DNA of 64,000 bases from the NCBI RefSeq assembly GCF_018350175.1, contig NC_058368.1, positions 172,238,001 to 172,302,000 on the forward strand. Reading direction: 5' to 3'. Position 1 is the first letter of the stretch; the number at the start of each line of letters is the position of its first letter. The notes under the pieces are model-generated. The model was not told the origin of the DNA, made no database searches, and worked only from the letters and a program-made list of their open reading frames with translations. This DNA is from Felis catus (taxonomy: Eukaryota). Position numbers and translations under genes: made by a program. Below, in pieces: positions 1 to 13,257 of this stretch.

Positions 1-303
1 GTGGCCTGGGAGTCCTGAGCAGGATTAGAAGCACCATCATCACCCAGAGAAGAAGTCTGTTCCACTTACGATGTGCAGCAGTACTGGCTGGGTGGTTGTA
101 ATTTCAGGCAATTAGGGTGTAATTCATAATTTCACTGTGTAATAGAGCTCGTTGAGAGGAGAGGATCTACTCTGCAGAAGGGCAGAACCGCTGGGCCGCA
201 GAAGCTCTACTTAACAAGCTTCAGGCAGTTGGTCCCATGTGCTTCTCAGAGAAGCCTCCTCCAAGTCCAGATTTGTGGGTATTCTGTAGAGAATCACTCT
301 CTT

Positions 304-565
304 CTCTTTTTTTTTTTTCTTTCTTAAATGTTGGTTTATTTTTGAGAGAGAGAGAGAGGGAGAGAGAGAGAGAGGGAGAGAGAGAGAGAGAGAGACAGTG
401 CGAGCGGGAGAGGGACAGAGAGAGGGGGAGGCACAAAATTCCAAGCAGGCTCCAGGCTCTGAGCTGTCAGCACAGAGCCCGACGCGGGGCTCGAACCCAT
501 GAACCATGAGATCCTGATCTGAGCTAAAGTCGGAAGCTTGACTGACTGAGCCACTCAGGCGCCCT
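304..565 (-). mobile_element. Feline Can-SINE (SINEC_Fc-like)
   Basis: tRNA-derived head, (CT)n tract and A-tail on the minus strand. 15-bp TSD gagaatcactctctt at 289-303 and 566-580. Confidence 0.93.
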
Positions 566-1514
566 GAGAATCACTCTCTTACTGGAGATTTTAGAAGTCT
601 TTTCTTGGAGTCTTTAAACAAATGAGGAATCCGAATTTACTTACAGAAAAGACACACATTTGTTCCTATTAATCTCATTTCCACAGTGTTTCAGGAAAGT
701 TGTATTTTACGGGTCATGGCAATTCTGTGTAGGCTGAAACACAAGAGGAAGGGGACCACAAGACAGAAGAAGGAAAACAAACCCGACAGCATTTCCATTC
801 TCTGAAGATTTGATAGGTGCATTGTTTTCTTTGTGTTCCACAGCCCACCGAAGAACCTAGACCGGATTATCAAAATGGCTCCATCAGGGAAAGGGGCAGA
901 GTTTTGGCTGCCATCTTAATTTCTTACCAGCATTCCAAAAAAAGGGAGTCAGCTATTTCACTTATAGCCAACAGTTCGTCTTTAAACAGCCTGACCTGGG
1001 ATTTAGGGGTCGGGGTTGGAGAAATGGTAAGTAAACACTGGCGCCCACAACTAAAAAAGTTACCTCACAATTTCCATGGCACAAATGTGCATGAAGTGTT
1101 TTTAGAGTAAGTGGAACTGTTTTTAAAGAAGACATGAAAAGAATCATAGTTCTGAGAATTCTCGATCTTGGATCCCACTTCACACTTCCTCAAGCCACAG
1201 AAAGGAGGGGTGATAGGTTTTACCAATAATGCTTTGTTGGGCTCAAATCAAGATAAATACACCCACCATTAACTTCTTCTCTGTGAAACAAACTCATTTT
1301 GCCTTCATTTAGTGTTTTCTTAGCATGCTAGCAAGATTGATCTATAGAAGCCTAAGGAATCCGGTGTCCCTGTTACTGTCACAAAGGATGGTTTATTAAT
1401 TTCTGATCTGTGTGGAAGCAGGAGATAGGATGAGGAAAAGGGGGAAGAGGACCCAGGAAAAGCATTTGAACAATAGGACAAGAAAAACTGCATCACATAT
1501 TAAGGCTAGGAGAG

Positions 1515-1700
1515 CCCAAGTTTCGGTGCTAAGAATTAATGTCAGTGTAGACGAGGACAAGATTATCAAACTTCTGTGAGCGTTGGTTTTCTCATCTCTA
1601 AGAAGGGTATAACACTAGTACCTATCTTGTAGAATTCTGGTGCAGATTAAACAAGACATGCATAAATCATCGTTCATCACAAGTAAATGCTCAAAGTATG
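1515..1700 (+). mobile_element. MIR fragment
   Basis: MIR core-like text (gttttctcatctctaagaagggtataacactagtacctatcttg...gattaaa). Confidence 0.6.
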
Positions 1701-2539
1701 TTTTGTCTTTGAATTTCAGTTTTAAATCCTGCTTTGCCTTCAGAGGTATCTGTTTTTAGTCCAAGAGGGGTATGTTTACTCTGAAAACATTCAGAGAGTG
1801 TTAATGGTATCAATGTTAACAGGTTTTTAAAAAATAAGCTATCAAGATTGCATTAAAAAAAAAAAAAGATTGCATTGGTAAGTGGTACCTTGTAATCCTT
1901 TCCTGGATGAGCACAAAAAGTTGTCACTCTGCTAGGTGATGGCTCCTTGCCTTTGGAGCCCCAGGGTGCCCATGTCTTGCCTGGTTCCATGACAATCACA
2001 TCCCTCTCCAACCTCCCTCCTCTAGCTCCAGTGACCCTCCTGAGTGAATGGAGCAGGTCAAGCTCTTTACAGCCAGTGGCTTCCCCCTCAGACACCAGGC
2101 TCATCACTGCCACACTGTGGGTGCCAGGAGGAACAGGCCAGGTGTGAGGAGAAGGTGCCTGAAAAGCTGAGGTTCTCGTTTTCACTCACCCTGCAGGAAG
2201 AGAGGTAAAGATGCTTTGAGAGGGTCTTGGCCCACATCCACTGGGTGACTGAAGGACACTTTGTTCTCTTTCCTGTGCCCGAGCACTTGCTGGGATCAAG
2301 ATGAGGAAGTGTGCCAGGGTCCAGCACCCCATCCTTTGATTCAGTGGCTCATGGAAGGGCCTGAGCACACATCCTTCTAAAGAGCTTCCCAGTGACTCTG
2401 ACATATACACAGAGAGCCACCACAAGATGGAGGGTCAAACGGCCTATTTCTCTGGCACCCTGATTCACGTCCAAGTCTGTCTGGTATAACGCTCAAAGCA
2501 AACATGCCAGCTGAGTTAGGAACATTTTCTGCTCAACAA

Positions 2540-2820
2540 ATATCCACATGCACTTTCACATTTCTCAGGCCCTCTGTGGTTAAATGGAGCATCTGTCCGG
2601 TTCTGGCCAACTGGCTGTGGGCGGAAACACGTAAGTGCAGAGATGTTGTAGACGACGGGTGCCATCAGCCTGGGTCCCTGGAACAGTGCTATGTGCTCAT
2701 CCCCAAATATGCACTGGACATTCAGTGCAAGCAGGAAATCAGCTTTTTTGGTATGCCATGCCACTGAAATTTGGGGGGTTAATTTGTAACTGCTGTATGA
2801 CCTACCCTTATCTTAATATA
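2540..2820 (+). mobile_element. MLT1-type MaLR LTR fragment
   Basis: Characteristic 3' end (atcagcctgggtccctg...gccactgaaatttgggggg...tttgtaactgc). Confidence 0.6.
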
Positions 2821-3319
2821 TCAGTCATACAAAAGAAAGAGCCACCTGAGACCCCAAAATAGGAGTTGGAAGGAGAGCACTGGGCCAGACCACACTCTTC
2901 TCAGCTCCCTTCCTCATGGCCAGATCAGGGCTGGGGGTGTTAAAACAGGTGGCCTTTCTCATTCTCTTTCTTTCTCTTTCTCCTTCTGTCTCTCTTTATG
3001 TCTCTCTCTCTCTTTCTCTGTCTCTCTCTCTCCCCAAACCACTTAACTAATACTAGCAATGTCTTTCTCATATAGAGAAAGTCCTAAGAAGAAATGGAAT
3101 AAGATATGAACAAAATTCCATTGAGGACAAAAGAGAAGACTATTTGTGTCTGACTACTACTTGCTAAAGCTGGGAGACACAGATCACTGTCCATAATCCT
3201 TCCTTTTTCTTAATTTGAAAATTAAGGAAAAGTATAAACAAGAAAAATATGCCTAATGTTTCACTGCCTAGATTCAGCCTCTATTAATATTTTGGCACAT
3301 TAGCTTTCCTTCTATTTCT

Positions 3320-3797
3320 TTTTTTTCCACCTAAGTATTTATGTATTTATTTAGAGAGCAAGCGAGCGAGCACATAAGCAGTGGAGGGACAGAGAGGGAG
3401 AGAGAGAGACAGAGAGAAAGAGACACAATCTCAAGCAAGCTCTGCACTGTTGGTACAGAGCCCAACATAGGGACCAAACTCACGAACTATGAGATCATGA
3501 CCTGAGCTGAAATCAAGAGTTGGACACATGGGGCGCCTGGGTGGCGCAGTCGGTTAAGCGTCCGACTTCAGCCAGGTCACGATCTTGCGGTCCATGAGTT
3601 CGAGCCCCGTGTCAGGCTCTGGGCTGATGGCTCAGAGCCTGGAGCCTGTTTCCGATTCTGTGTCTCCCTCTCTCTCTGCCCCTCCCCCGTTCATGCTCTG
3701 TCTTTCTCTGTCCCAAAAATAAATAAAAAAACATTGAAAAAAAAAATTTAAAAAAGAGTTGGACACTTAACCCAACTGAGTCACCCAGGCACCCCTC
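3320..3797 (-). mobile_element. Older Can-SINE interrupted by a younger SINE
   Basis: Minus-strand SINE body split at 3527/3754. Flanked by ttctatttct on both sides. Confidence 0.88.
3530..3753 (+). mobile_element. Young CpG-rich feline SINE nested in an older SINE
   Basis: Head ggggcgcctgggtggcgcagtcggttaagcgtccg. TSD aagagttggacac at 3515-3527 and 3754-3766. Confidence 0.93.
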
Positions 3798-4829
3798 ATT
3801 CTATTTCTATGTATATATTTCCACCTATTAAAAGTTATACAAAAGAACACATTCATTTAAAAAATAAAATTAGAACATCGTGGAAAAGTTTGAGTACCCT
3901 TTGACCTACACTCCTATGTGCTTGCTTCCCCTTCTTGCCATAACTATTATGAGATTGGTTTATATTGTTCTGGTCTATCTTAAATACATGCACACGTAGC
4001 CAATGTAAGTTTATGCATATATAAATTCATAGTAAATATAAAGTACCATTTTGCAGCATTGCACTTTCCATATACAGACACTGTGGTCAAGAAAAGCAAC
4101 ATGGAGGGGGAGGCAGAGCGGAAAGAGCTCAGATGGGGCTTAAAGCCAAATAAGGCAAATCGGAGATGAATCTTTATTTAACCTACATAAGGTCACAACA
4201 ATTTCACTTCCAGAAATATTCCACTGTTACTGATTTTTAGTTAAAAATATCAAAGAGATACTGAATTAGCATATAACAGGAGACCATTCAGACAAAGTGA
4301 ATGGCTGCTTCAGGGACAGACAGTGCTCTAGACACATCCCTATGATACTATAAATCTCATTTCCTGGTAGAGGTGGGCAGCCTACTAGTAAATATGCATT
4401 GCAAATGGATTAATTAGTAGACAAAAGTATGTAATAAAATACACAGTCAACCTATAAGGTAATTATTTTAACAGGCTCTTTGGCTTAATACGGATTCTTC
4501 TTTCCAACTTCTTTAAGCATGACCACTGATGGGACAAGTGCCCCTGGAGATAACACAGGTGAATACTGAAGACGGATCTAGTGTTTAGAACCAGTTCAGT
4601 GTTCAGAAGCTGGCACCAATGGATTTAGAACTAATGGCTCTAGGGGAGGACCTGGTGGTCATAGAAGATGATGCTCTGTAAATGGCCCCAGTCGGCGAGT
4701 TCATGGGACACATGCACACCCGGCTGAGAAGAACAGCCCTGGACCCTCACAACCTCCTGGAACTTTAGGATAATGACAGTGGCAGACACAGTGCACCTCT
4801 ATCATGTGTGTCATTAGCACAAACTTAAA

Positions 4830-5135
4830 AGTAGCCTGAAGGATATCAGCCTCATCTCCCTGAAGCAGAAGCAGCTGGGAATTGAGGTCAGCCACATGGC
4901 CAATAATTCAAGCAATCACACCTACATCATGAAACCTCAATAAAAACATTGGATACTGAAGCTCGGGTGAACTTCCCTGGTTGGCAATACTGTATTGTCT
5001 GAAAAGGAAGTAACACCGTCCAGGATTCCACTTAGGGAAGACAACAGGAACTTCTGCATATGGACCCCTTCCAGACCTGTGGCATCTTTATTTTGGCTCA
5101 TTCTGATTTTTGCTATAATAAAACTATAATCATAA
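4830..5135 (+). mobile_element. MER21-like ERVL LTR fragment
   Basis: Motifs gtcagccacatggccaat, cctcaataaaaac and gctcgggtgaacttccctggttggcaatact recalled from MER21. Confidence 0.65.
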
Positions 5136-7197
5136 GTTTAAAAAAAGTGGTCCAAAGTAATATATGACAGGATTATTACTTTGTAAAGCTTTAGAATTAA
5201 TGGTCCACAGAGAGTACAATGTGTGAAGGAAATTTCTTTTTACCTGTGGTCCTCCTTTCCCAGCTGTCCCCTCCCCTCCTCCCCAAAGGCTATATATATG
5301 ACTAGGAACTTGAGGCTACTTTCTTTAGGAGGGATGAGGTAAGGGGGAAGGATAGGAGCATTGCAGCATTCTAGAAATTTACTCATCTTTTTTCCTGGCC
5401 AAGGAGCCAAGTGGCAGCCATTAAAAAATCTGAAGCTGAGACCCCATTTATATTTTAAAAGACTTTAGCTGAACGGATTCCATTTGTATTACATGGGCCC
5501 TATGAACACAAGACAATGAAATCCCTTCACAAATGCAACGCTACATTTAGGAATCAAGAGTAATTGGTTTGGAAAAGACACACACTTGTATCTTCTTAGC
5601 ACTAGTGGAAATACTGCCCTTCCCCTGCCCAGCCAAGTCAATTAACTAACACTAAGGGTTTTTAAGACATTTTGAGGGAAAGTGGAGGGGGAGAAACCTG
5701 AGATTAGCGTCACTTTTATTTAGTTCAAAACAGTGTGTCTTCTAGTCTCTTGAATTTACTGTGGTGATAACCAGAGACTCAAACTTGAAGTCAAACCCCA
5801 AGGATGAAGGAAGCTCAGGAGACATTGATGAAATTCACTTCCAGACACGCTGGAGATACCCAGGTGGGGCATGGGGTACACAGAAGAAACCCTCCTACCA
5901 CCACTTTATGCCATGAATTTGTAGAACTTTCCGAAGAATTTGTACCAAATCTCAGAAGGAACTGTATGGCCTGATTTTGATTTAAGTCTATGACTCAACG
6001 GGATACAGATTCATGAGCCCGTGGTCATATCCAATTTGCTTCACCCAACTATCTGAGGAAAGCACTAATGATTTTTGCTACATGGCAGTTGACCTAAACA
6101 ATTAGGTAAAAGATGCAAATAGTGTGGTGAGGCTGGACCTACTGTCCAATGACGCTCCTTTGGACTGCCAGGGTGCCCTCTGTGTTCATCCCTCCCTACA
6201 ACATGACATACACCATTGTGACAACCTGTTGGCTTGCCTGTCTCTCCAAGACCCTTCAAGCCAAGGACTCTGTCCTATTTGTCACTATAACCTCTCTGCC
6301 CAACACAGACAAGATGGCCTATCATGTTTATGAAATGAATAAATGAATGAAGAGCAAAGAGCTTCCTTTCTAGAGAAATTAATTCTACCTTGCCTAAATT
6401 AAGCCCACTTCTTAAAGTGTGAGGAAATGAGTGGTTATATTATTGAGCATGCAGACATAAATGATTATCTCATTTAATAATGAGCTGGGCCCAATAATAA
6501 AAATTGTCTGTCTGTTGTTCCTTAGTTACTGCTCTGCCAAGAAGCCCAATCTGTTAACTGACATTAAAGCTCTAATTTAATTAAATCTTGAATCAGGCCT
6601 AGAAAACCTACCGAGAGCACTTTGTTTAATTACAGGCAGGGGGCAAGCACCAGTCCTATCGATCTGGTCAGTTCAAATTCTACACGATGAATGTGAGCAG
6701 TGAAAAGAAATGTGGCCCCACTTGCTTTTCAGGCAACTTTGATGAACTGTGGATTCAGACCTGCTCTAAAGACAGCCAAGGCAAACAAGCCATGTGCGAT
6801 GTGGCATCACAGAGATGGAAACAAAACTGTACCTTAATCTTTCCAAAGAGCGACACATCAGGCAGGAACAGAAGAAAACAAACCACAAAAGACAGATTCC
6901 TCCTCAGGGAAATGAAATATATTGGGTGGCGGTGGGTGGAAGTCATCCAGCATTTAAAGTCTAGCAAACTGGCATTCTAACACAGCTGGCAAATTCTATG
7001 AGACCCACAATTATTTTGAAATAGAGAAATTAATTGTGGGTAGGTATACAAATTTCTGAGGACATTTCCCATTGACGAAGAGACACAAGGCTCCTCAACA
7101 TTTTATGATTGGGATGTAACGGAAATATAAATTATATAAAATCATATTAACTGCAAACCTTCAAAGATATTAAGTGTGATCAGAATTAAGGTTATCT

Positions 7198-7420
7198 GGG
7201 GCACCTGGGTGGCTCAGTCGGTTAAACGTCTGACTTTGGCTCAGGTCACGATCTCACAGTTTGTGGGTTCGGGCCCCTGTGTCGGGCTCTGTGCTGACAG
7301 CTCAGAGCCAGGAGCCTGCTTGGGATTCTGTATCTCCCTCTCTCTCGGCCCCTCTCCCACTTGTATGCTGTTTCTCTGTCTCAAAAATAAGTAAAAAATA
7401 TTTTTAAAAATTAAGAAAAA
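7198..7420 (+). mobile_element. Feline Can-SINE
   Basis: Full head, body and tail. Diverged TSD agaattaaggttatct / agaattaagattgtct. Confidence 0.92.
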
Positions 7421-7429
7421 AGAATTAAG

Positions 7430-7640
7430 ATTGTCTAAGTGCTTTATGAGTATTAACTAATTTTGGATACTACATTGGATACTATTCTTATTCCCACTTC
7501 ATGGCAGAGTAAACTGAGGCTCAGAGAGGTTAGGTAACTTGCTAAAGGTTCATGGTGACTTGGCAGGTCAGGCTGTGACCCCAGATACATAGTACTACAT
7601 AGTACCACCACAGTACGCTGTTCTTAACACTAACCTCCAG
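7430..7640 (-). mobile_element. MIR fragment
   Basis: aaactgaggctcagagaggttaggtaacttgc core. Confidence 0.7.
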
Positions 7641-8205
7641 AGTTGGAGAAGATACTTGAAGAAGGGGGACCGGCTTTTCATCCTTTGCTTGTCAGAATCC
7701 AGGGATGTTTTGTACTTTAGTAACTCAAGTTTAGAGGAGAAAATTTATTCTAATACACAATATGTAATTACATCTAAGACCAACATTTCCTTCACAAAAC
7801 ATGCACCATCCGAGCGTGCACACTAAGAGCAAGCATGCCTAATTAGGGCATTAGTCATAATGATCAGGGAGTGTAACCCAGGAAGCTCCAGGTGGTGTGG
7901 GCCTCAGCACTGAGTAAATTTCACCAGCTTGCCCAGATAAAGTCTTTGCTGACTGGGATGATTTACACCTGCTGATGCAAGTGCAGAGAATGGCATCCCA
8001 TACAGCTGGGGACTGAAAATAAGCTTAGGCACGTGAGTTCAGACAAACACGTTCAGATACGGGAGATAGGAATGCGGGCCTTTTAATTATGACATGAGCC
8101 AGAAATGAGGACAAGAGCTGATCACGGTTAAAAATAGTAATTTCTTCCATATTCATATGTAACAGCAACCAAGAAAACTTGTCTGTGGATTAAAAACAGA
8201 ATGAT

Positions 8206-9160
8206 GGGGGCCGCCTGGGTGGCTCAATCAGTTAAGCATCTGACTTCGGCTCAGGTCATGATCTCGCAGCTTGTGGGTTCGAGCCCCAGATCAGGCTCTG
8301 TGCTGACAGCTCAGAGCCTGGAGCCTGTTTCAGATTCTGTGTCTCCCTCTCTCTCTCTGCCCCACCCCCACTCACACTCTGTCCTTCTCTCAAAAAATAA
8401 ACGTTAAAAAAAATTAAAAACAAACAAAAAATCAGAATGATGTACACATGCTGGCCTTAGTGAAGACAAGTTAAATGTAAAGGAGAGGAGGGGCGCCTGG
8501 ATGGCTCAGTCATTTAAGTCTCAGACTTCGGCTCAGGTCATGATCTTGCAGTCCGGGAGTTCGAGCCCCACGTCAGGCTCTGTGCTGACAGCTCGGAGCC
8601 TGGAGCCTGCTTCAGATTCTGCATCTCCCTCTCTCTCTACCCCTCCCCTGCTTACACTCTGTCTCTCTCACAAAATAAATAAGCGTTTAAAAAAAAAGGA
8701 GACGAGGGGAGCCTGGGTGGCTCAGTTGGTTAAGTGTCTGACTTCAGCTCAGATCATCATCTTGCAGTGAGTTCAAGCCCTGTGTCAGGCTCTGTGCTGA
8801 CAGCTCAGAGCCTGGAGTCAGCCTCAGATTCTGTCTCCCTCTCTCTCTGCCCATCCCCCACTCACGTGCGTGCACACACACTCTCTCTCTCTCCCTCATA
8901 AGTAACTAAACATTAAAATAATAAAATAAATAAATAAAAGTAAAAGAGAGGGGCATTAGGTGACTCAGTTGGTTAAGCATCTGACTTTGGCTCAGGTTAT
9001 GATCTCGCAGTTTGTGAGTTTGAGCCCCTCATCGGTCTCTCTGCTGTCAGTACAGAGCCTGCTTCTGATCCTCTGTCCCTCTCTCTGCCCCTCCCCTGCT
9101 GGTTCTCTCTCTCCCTCTCTCTCTCTCTCTCAAAATGAATAAATAAACTTAAAAAAAATA
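8206..9160 (+). mobile_element. Cluster of four same-orientation Can-SINEs (about 8206-8428, 8490-8697, 8706-8936, 8950-9160)
   Basis: Four heads (gcctgggtggctca-like), each followed by (CT)n and an AATAAA/A-tail. The first has TSD cagaatgatg. Confidence 0.92.
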
Positions 9161-10163
9161 AAAGGAGGAAAAGCAATGGTGAAGGATGAGGGGATCTACT
9201 AAATGTATTTTACCTAAGTCAACTTTATCTTTGTGCACAATTGCCAGTCAGAGCACAACTAGAAAGCAAGCTTCTAATATTGCCAAGATTGAAAAAGAGA
9301 GTAAAGTACGTCTAGTAATTGAAAGTGAAGTTCAGAGGGAATGTGTTTCTGATTGAAGAATCCATTGCTTTACCCCAGACCAATCACAGATCAAAATCAC
9401 AGCCAAAGAAATACTTGTAGGTTCTTGAGAAAAAAAACTCCATCTTTGAAAAACCAAGTGCTTTAACAATTCTGCCAAACATTTCTCTCCTGAAACATCA
9501 GCTCCTTTAGTAATGGATGTATTTCCTAAGCAAGTTGCTCTTAAAACTGGTTCAGGCCATAGAGCCATTTGGTATGTTGGGGTACATTGGGGTGAATGCC
9601 AAGAATTACACACACGCATACACACACTTAACACACAGAACATGTGTATGCACACACATATACACATAAGATTATTGTAACATTAATACGTGCACTAGAG
9701 GAAATGACATTTCACATTAGACTCAGTGTAGATAAGTGAGAGCAAGTACTATAAACTGAAAGGAAGTTTTATAGAAGAAATTGCAAAGGGGGAAATTCTA
9801 TAAATTTTAGCCAATTATAAAATATTTTTAGTCTACCTTAAAAGAAGATAATTTAATTGAGCTTGGGGAAGATGTGCATACACTGGAGAATGGTTTGAGA
9901 ATCACTGAGCTGATATAATTTTACCATCTACTTAGATGTGTGATTCTAGAGAGTGGTGTTTTTTAAAATCTTACCTGCACACCTCAGCACTTTCAAAATA
10001 CTCCCCTTTGCAGAATGACTTCATGATCAGAAAGGGATGGAGATTCCCAAAACTGCAAATCCCACAACATTCTTGGGGCTGCCCTTGGCAGTATACGCTC
10101 ATTTGTCTTTCAGCCCCACAGCCTAGGGGAAAGGCCTGGCCATGTTGGATTTGGTGCACTCAC

Positions 10164-10370
10164 CCGCCTCCGGAGCCGGTCCCGCTCCTCCCGGATAGCG
10201 TTCATGGTGGCCTTGGTCCTGTTCAGCTCCTCCTCTTTGCTGCACAGCATGGCAGTCAGGCTTTCATTCTCTTCCCTCAGCCCAGCCAACTCCTTCTCCC
10301 AACGAGACCGCTCTTCAGCCAGGTTGGGATACAGGTCCCGGCCAAGTACCCCCTCAATCTCCTCGACTGT
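10164..10370 (-). CDS. MCC: MCC internal coding exon E (207 nt, phase 0-0): TVEEIEGVLGRDLYPNLAEERSRWEKELAGLREENESLTAMLCSKEEELNRTKATMNAIREERDRLRRR
   Basis: Inside ORF 10110..10511 and matches recalled MCC. Acceptor tgtgctttccag, donor CGG|gtgagt. Confidence 0.96.
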
Positions 10371-11514
10371 CTGGAAAGCACAAAGACAAGGTGAGGGGGT
10401 TACCTGGGAGAAAGGTTGGGGGAAGAAAACAGGCACGATGGGAGCAAGTACTGACAGAAGAGTAGGTTCCACAGCTCTTTCACTGCAAGCAGTAACCGTG
10501 ACTACCCTCAAATTATCCCCTCCCTGTTTTCAGATAACTTGCCTGGGTCATAGTCTGTGTTTCCCAATAGTCCCCAGAGTAAGAACAACACAGTCCCTCC
10601 AAGGTAAGTTGGTCTATCTGTGGCTCTAACTGCCGTGTCCACACAAATGTTTATCTCCTCTGCCCATGGTCTAGAGTCAGAGAATACACATAACTGGACA
10701 GCAAGCCAGTTGATGATCATCATGGTTGCAAATGTGAAGTTGCAAACAGCATACAAAATCTAACTTGAAGTTTCCCAAATTATAGGCCTTGCACATTCCA
10801 ACTCCAAGATAACCGGGGGTCACATCACCATTTCTAGCTTTTAGTGTCACATCAGAATTCAGAAGGTGTGAATGAGGTTCACTCCCAAGATGTGAAAGAT
10901 AAAAATAAACCTCAGTGACACAGAAAAGATGAAGCTCATTGTGGATGCTTCTAAGACAGTAGGGATTTAATTAATTAATAAGACAGCTATGAGCTAAAGA
11001 AGAAAAGAATCTTAATAGTACTTGGAGAGTTTTTTTCCCCCCACAAATTCATTTAAAACACAGTATTAATGGAGAAGAAAAATGCGTAAAATTAGAAAAA
11101 AGGAAGAACTCATTCCACTTGCTTTCAGAAACTATTTGTTCACATCCATTGCCCTTTGACATAGGAAGCATAAGCCAAAGGACATGGAAAAAAGAGGGAG
11201 TATTACCATGTAGTGTAGAAGGCAGTGAGAAGATGTGAGGAGAAACAGGTGGTCTCAAAATTTCAAGAATGTGAGGGGATGACTGTCTTGGACACCCACA
11301 TTGGTTCCTTGATGAAAAGTTACCCAAATCTCGTTGCCACTTTCCCTATGTAGGGCTTCATCCTTTCTCTCAAATCTGATGCTCTTTTCCTTGTCAGCCC
11401 GGCTCCAGGCTCTTGCTGGTTGGCAGAAATCCTCAGCCCCTTCCTGCCCTCTCCAGGCTGAGGCTAAGGCTGGGCACCTAAGCTGACATTACAATCAAAT
11501 CTAGGGCCTGGGAG

Positions 11515-11928
11515 AGGTTCCTGCGTGGCTCAATCAGTTAAGCATCCACTTTGGCGCAGGTCATGATCTCGTGGTTTGTGAATTCGAGCCCTGCATCAGG
11601 CTCTGTGCTGACAGTGTGGAGCCTGCTTGGGATTCTCTCTCTCTGCCCCTACCCTGCTCACTCTTTCTCTCTCTCAAAATAAATAAATAAAATCTTAAAA
11701 TGTTTTATAAAAATATAGGGCCTGGGAGGGGCACCTGGGTGGCTCAGTTGGTTAAGCATCTGACTTCAGCTCAGGTCATGATCTCACGGTTTGTGAGTTC
11801 AAGCCCCGTGTCAGGCTCTGTGCTGACAGCTCGAAGCCTAAAACCTGCTTCAGATTCTGTGTCTCCCTCTCTCTCTGCCTCACCTCCACTCACACTCTGT
11901 CTCTCAAGGATTAAAAAAAGAAAAAAAA
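11515..11928 (+). mobile_element. Two tandem Can-SINEs (11515-11710, 11729-11928)
   Basis: Two SINE bodies separated and flanked by three copies of aaat..agggcctgggag. Confidence 0.92.
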
Positions 11929-12587
11929 AAATACAGGGCCTGGGAGACTAACATGAAAGAAACATCTGTGGTTTGCTTCCCCAAACCACATCAACTGTAT
12001 ATTCATAACTGAGATGAATAAGATGGAAAACCAGTTGTGTTACACACATGAATCATGGTTTACCTGGAAATACCACAGCTCTTTTGTGAAATCCAGAATT
12101 CCTGTGGACAGAAACCTGCGCCTAGCATCGAAGGTATTTTTCAATTAACGTGTCACATTTTCCCTTTACACAGGCTCCTCCCAGACTTTTCAGTGTGAAC
12201 TGCTGTCTAGATTACCGAGCTCTGGTGAAGGCCCATAAAGATGCCAGAAGCCCAGTAACAACAGGACCTGGAGTTCCCATCGCTCATGAGGAGTTTGTGC
12301 AGATGCAGCACCTTCCACTGGTGCTTCCTAAGCAGGAAGACGGACGGCTGTGACAGGCATGGCTGACACCTAGCCTAGCATGCTCAGGATAGAGGACTCA
12401 TTCAGACCCTAAATTAGCACCATGAATGGGTAACTTCTGAAATGATATTCTAGGAGCCTTAAAGCTGAAATAAAACTTCCAAGTTAATCCTACAACTTGC
12501 AAGTGCTATATGATGGGCCATAGTAAAATGATGTGGTTCAATACTAGCAGTCTAAGAGTTTTCAAGGAAATCTCTGCCCCCCCCCAG

Positions 12588-13257
12588 CTTTTTTTTTTTT
12601 TTAGAGAGAGAGAGAGAGACAGAGACTGAGCAGGGGTGGGGCAGAGGGAGAGGGAGACACAGAATCCAAAGCAGGCTCTAGGATCTGAGCTGACAGCACA
12701 GAGCCCAACACGGGGCTCGAACTCACAAACAAGATCATGACCTGAGCCCAAGTCTGACGCTTACCCAACTGAGCCACCCAGGCGCCCCAGGAAATCATTT
12801 CTGCTGCAAAGCCAGTGACTTTGCTGAAATAATGAGTTGTTTCTAACATTTATTTATTTTTGAGAGAGAGAGAGCACGGGGGAGAGGCAGAGAGAGAGGG
12901 AGACAGAGGATCCTAAGCAGACTCTGTGCTGATAGCAAAGAGCCCGATAAGGGGCTTGAACTCACAAACTGCGAGATCATGACCTGAGCCGACGTCGGAC
13001 ACTTAACCAATTGAGCCACCCAGGCGCCCATGACTTTTTTTTTTTTTTTTTTTTCAACGTTTATTTATTTTTGGGACAGAGAGAGACAGAGCATGAACGG
13101 GGGAGGGGCAGAGAGAGAGGGAGACACAGAATCAGAAACAGGCTCCAGGCTCTGAGCCATCAGCCCAGAGCCCGACGCGGGGCTCGAACTCACGGACCGC
13201 GAGATCGTGACCTGGCTGAAGTCGGACGCTTAACCGACTGCGCCACCCAGGCGCCCC
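12588..13257 (-). mobile_element. Three minus-strand Can-SINEs (about 12588-12788, 12845-13029, 13035-13257; the last is the young CpG-rich type)
   Basis: Three reverse heads ending gccacccaggcgccc. The last is flanked by gact(T)n on both sides. Confidence 0.92.

Noticed and set aside
211..554. Recurrent ORF family (MAQSVK..LTSAQVMIS.., FEPRVGLCADSSEPGAC, SLSLSL) here and at many other positions
   Set aside because: Translations of Can-SINE bodies and (CT)n tracts, not a protein family.
1..10100. Search for the next MCC exon (VRELQTRLQSVQATGPSSPG...)
   Set aside because: Not found by eye; it presumably lies beyond the left edge of the window.
9936..10629. Plus-strand ORFs of 152 aa and 141 aa
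   Set aside because: Antisense shadows of MCC exon E with no independent gene signals.
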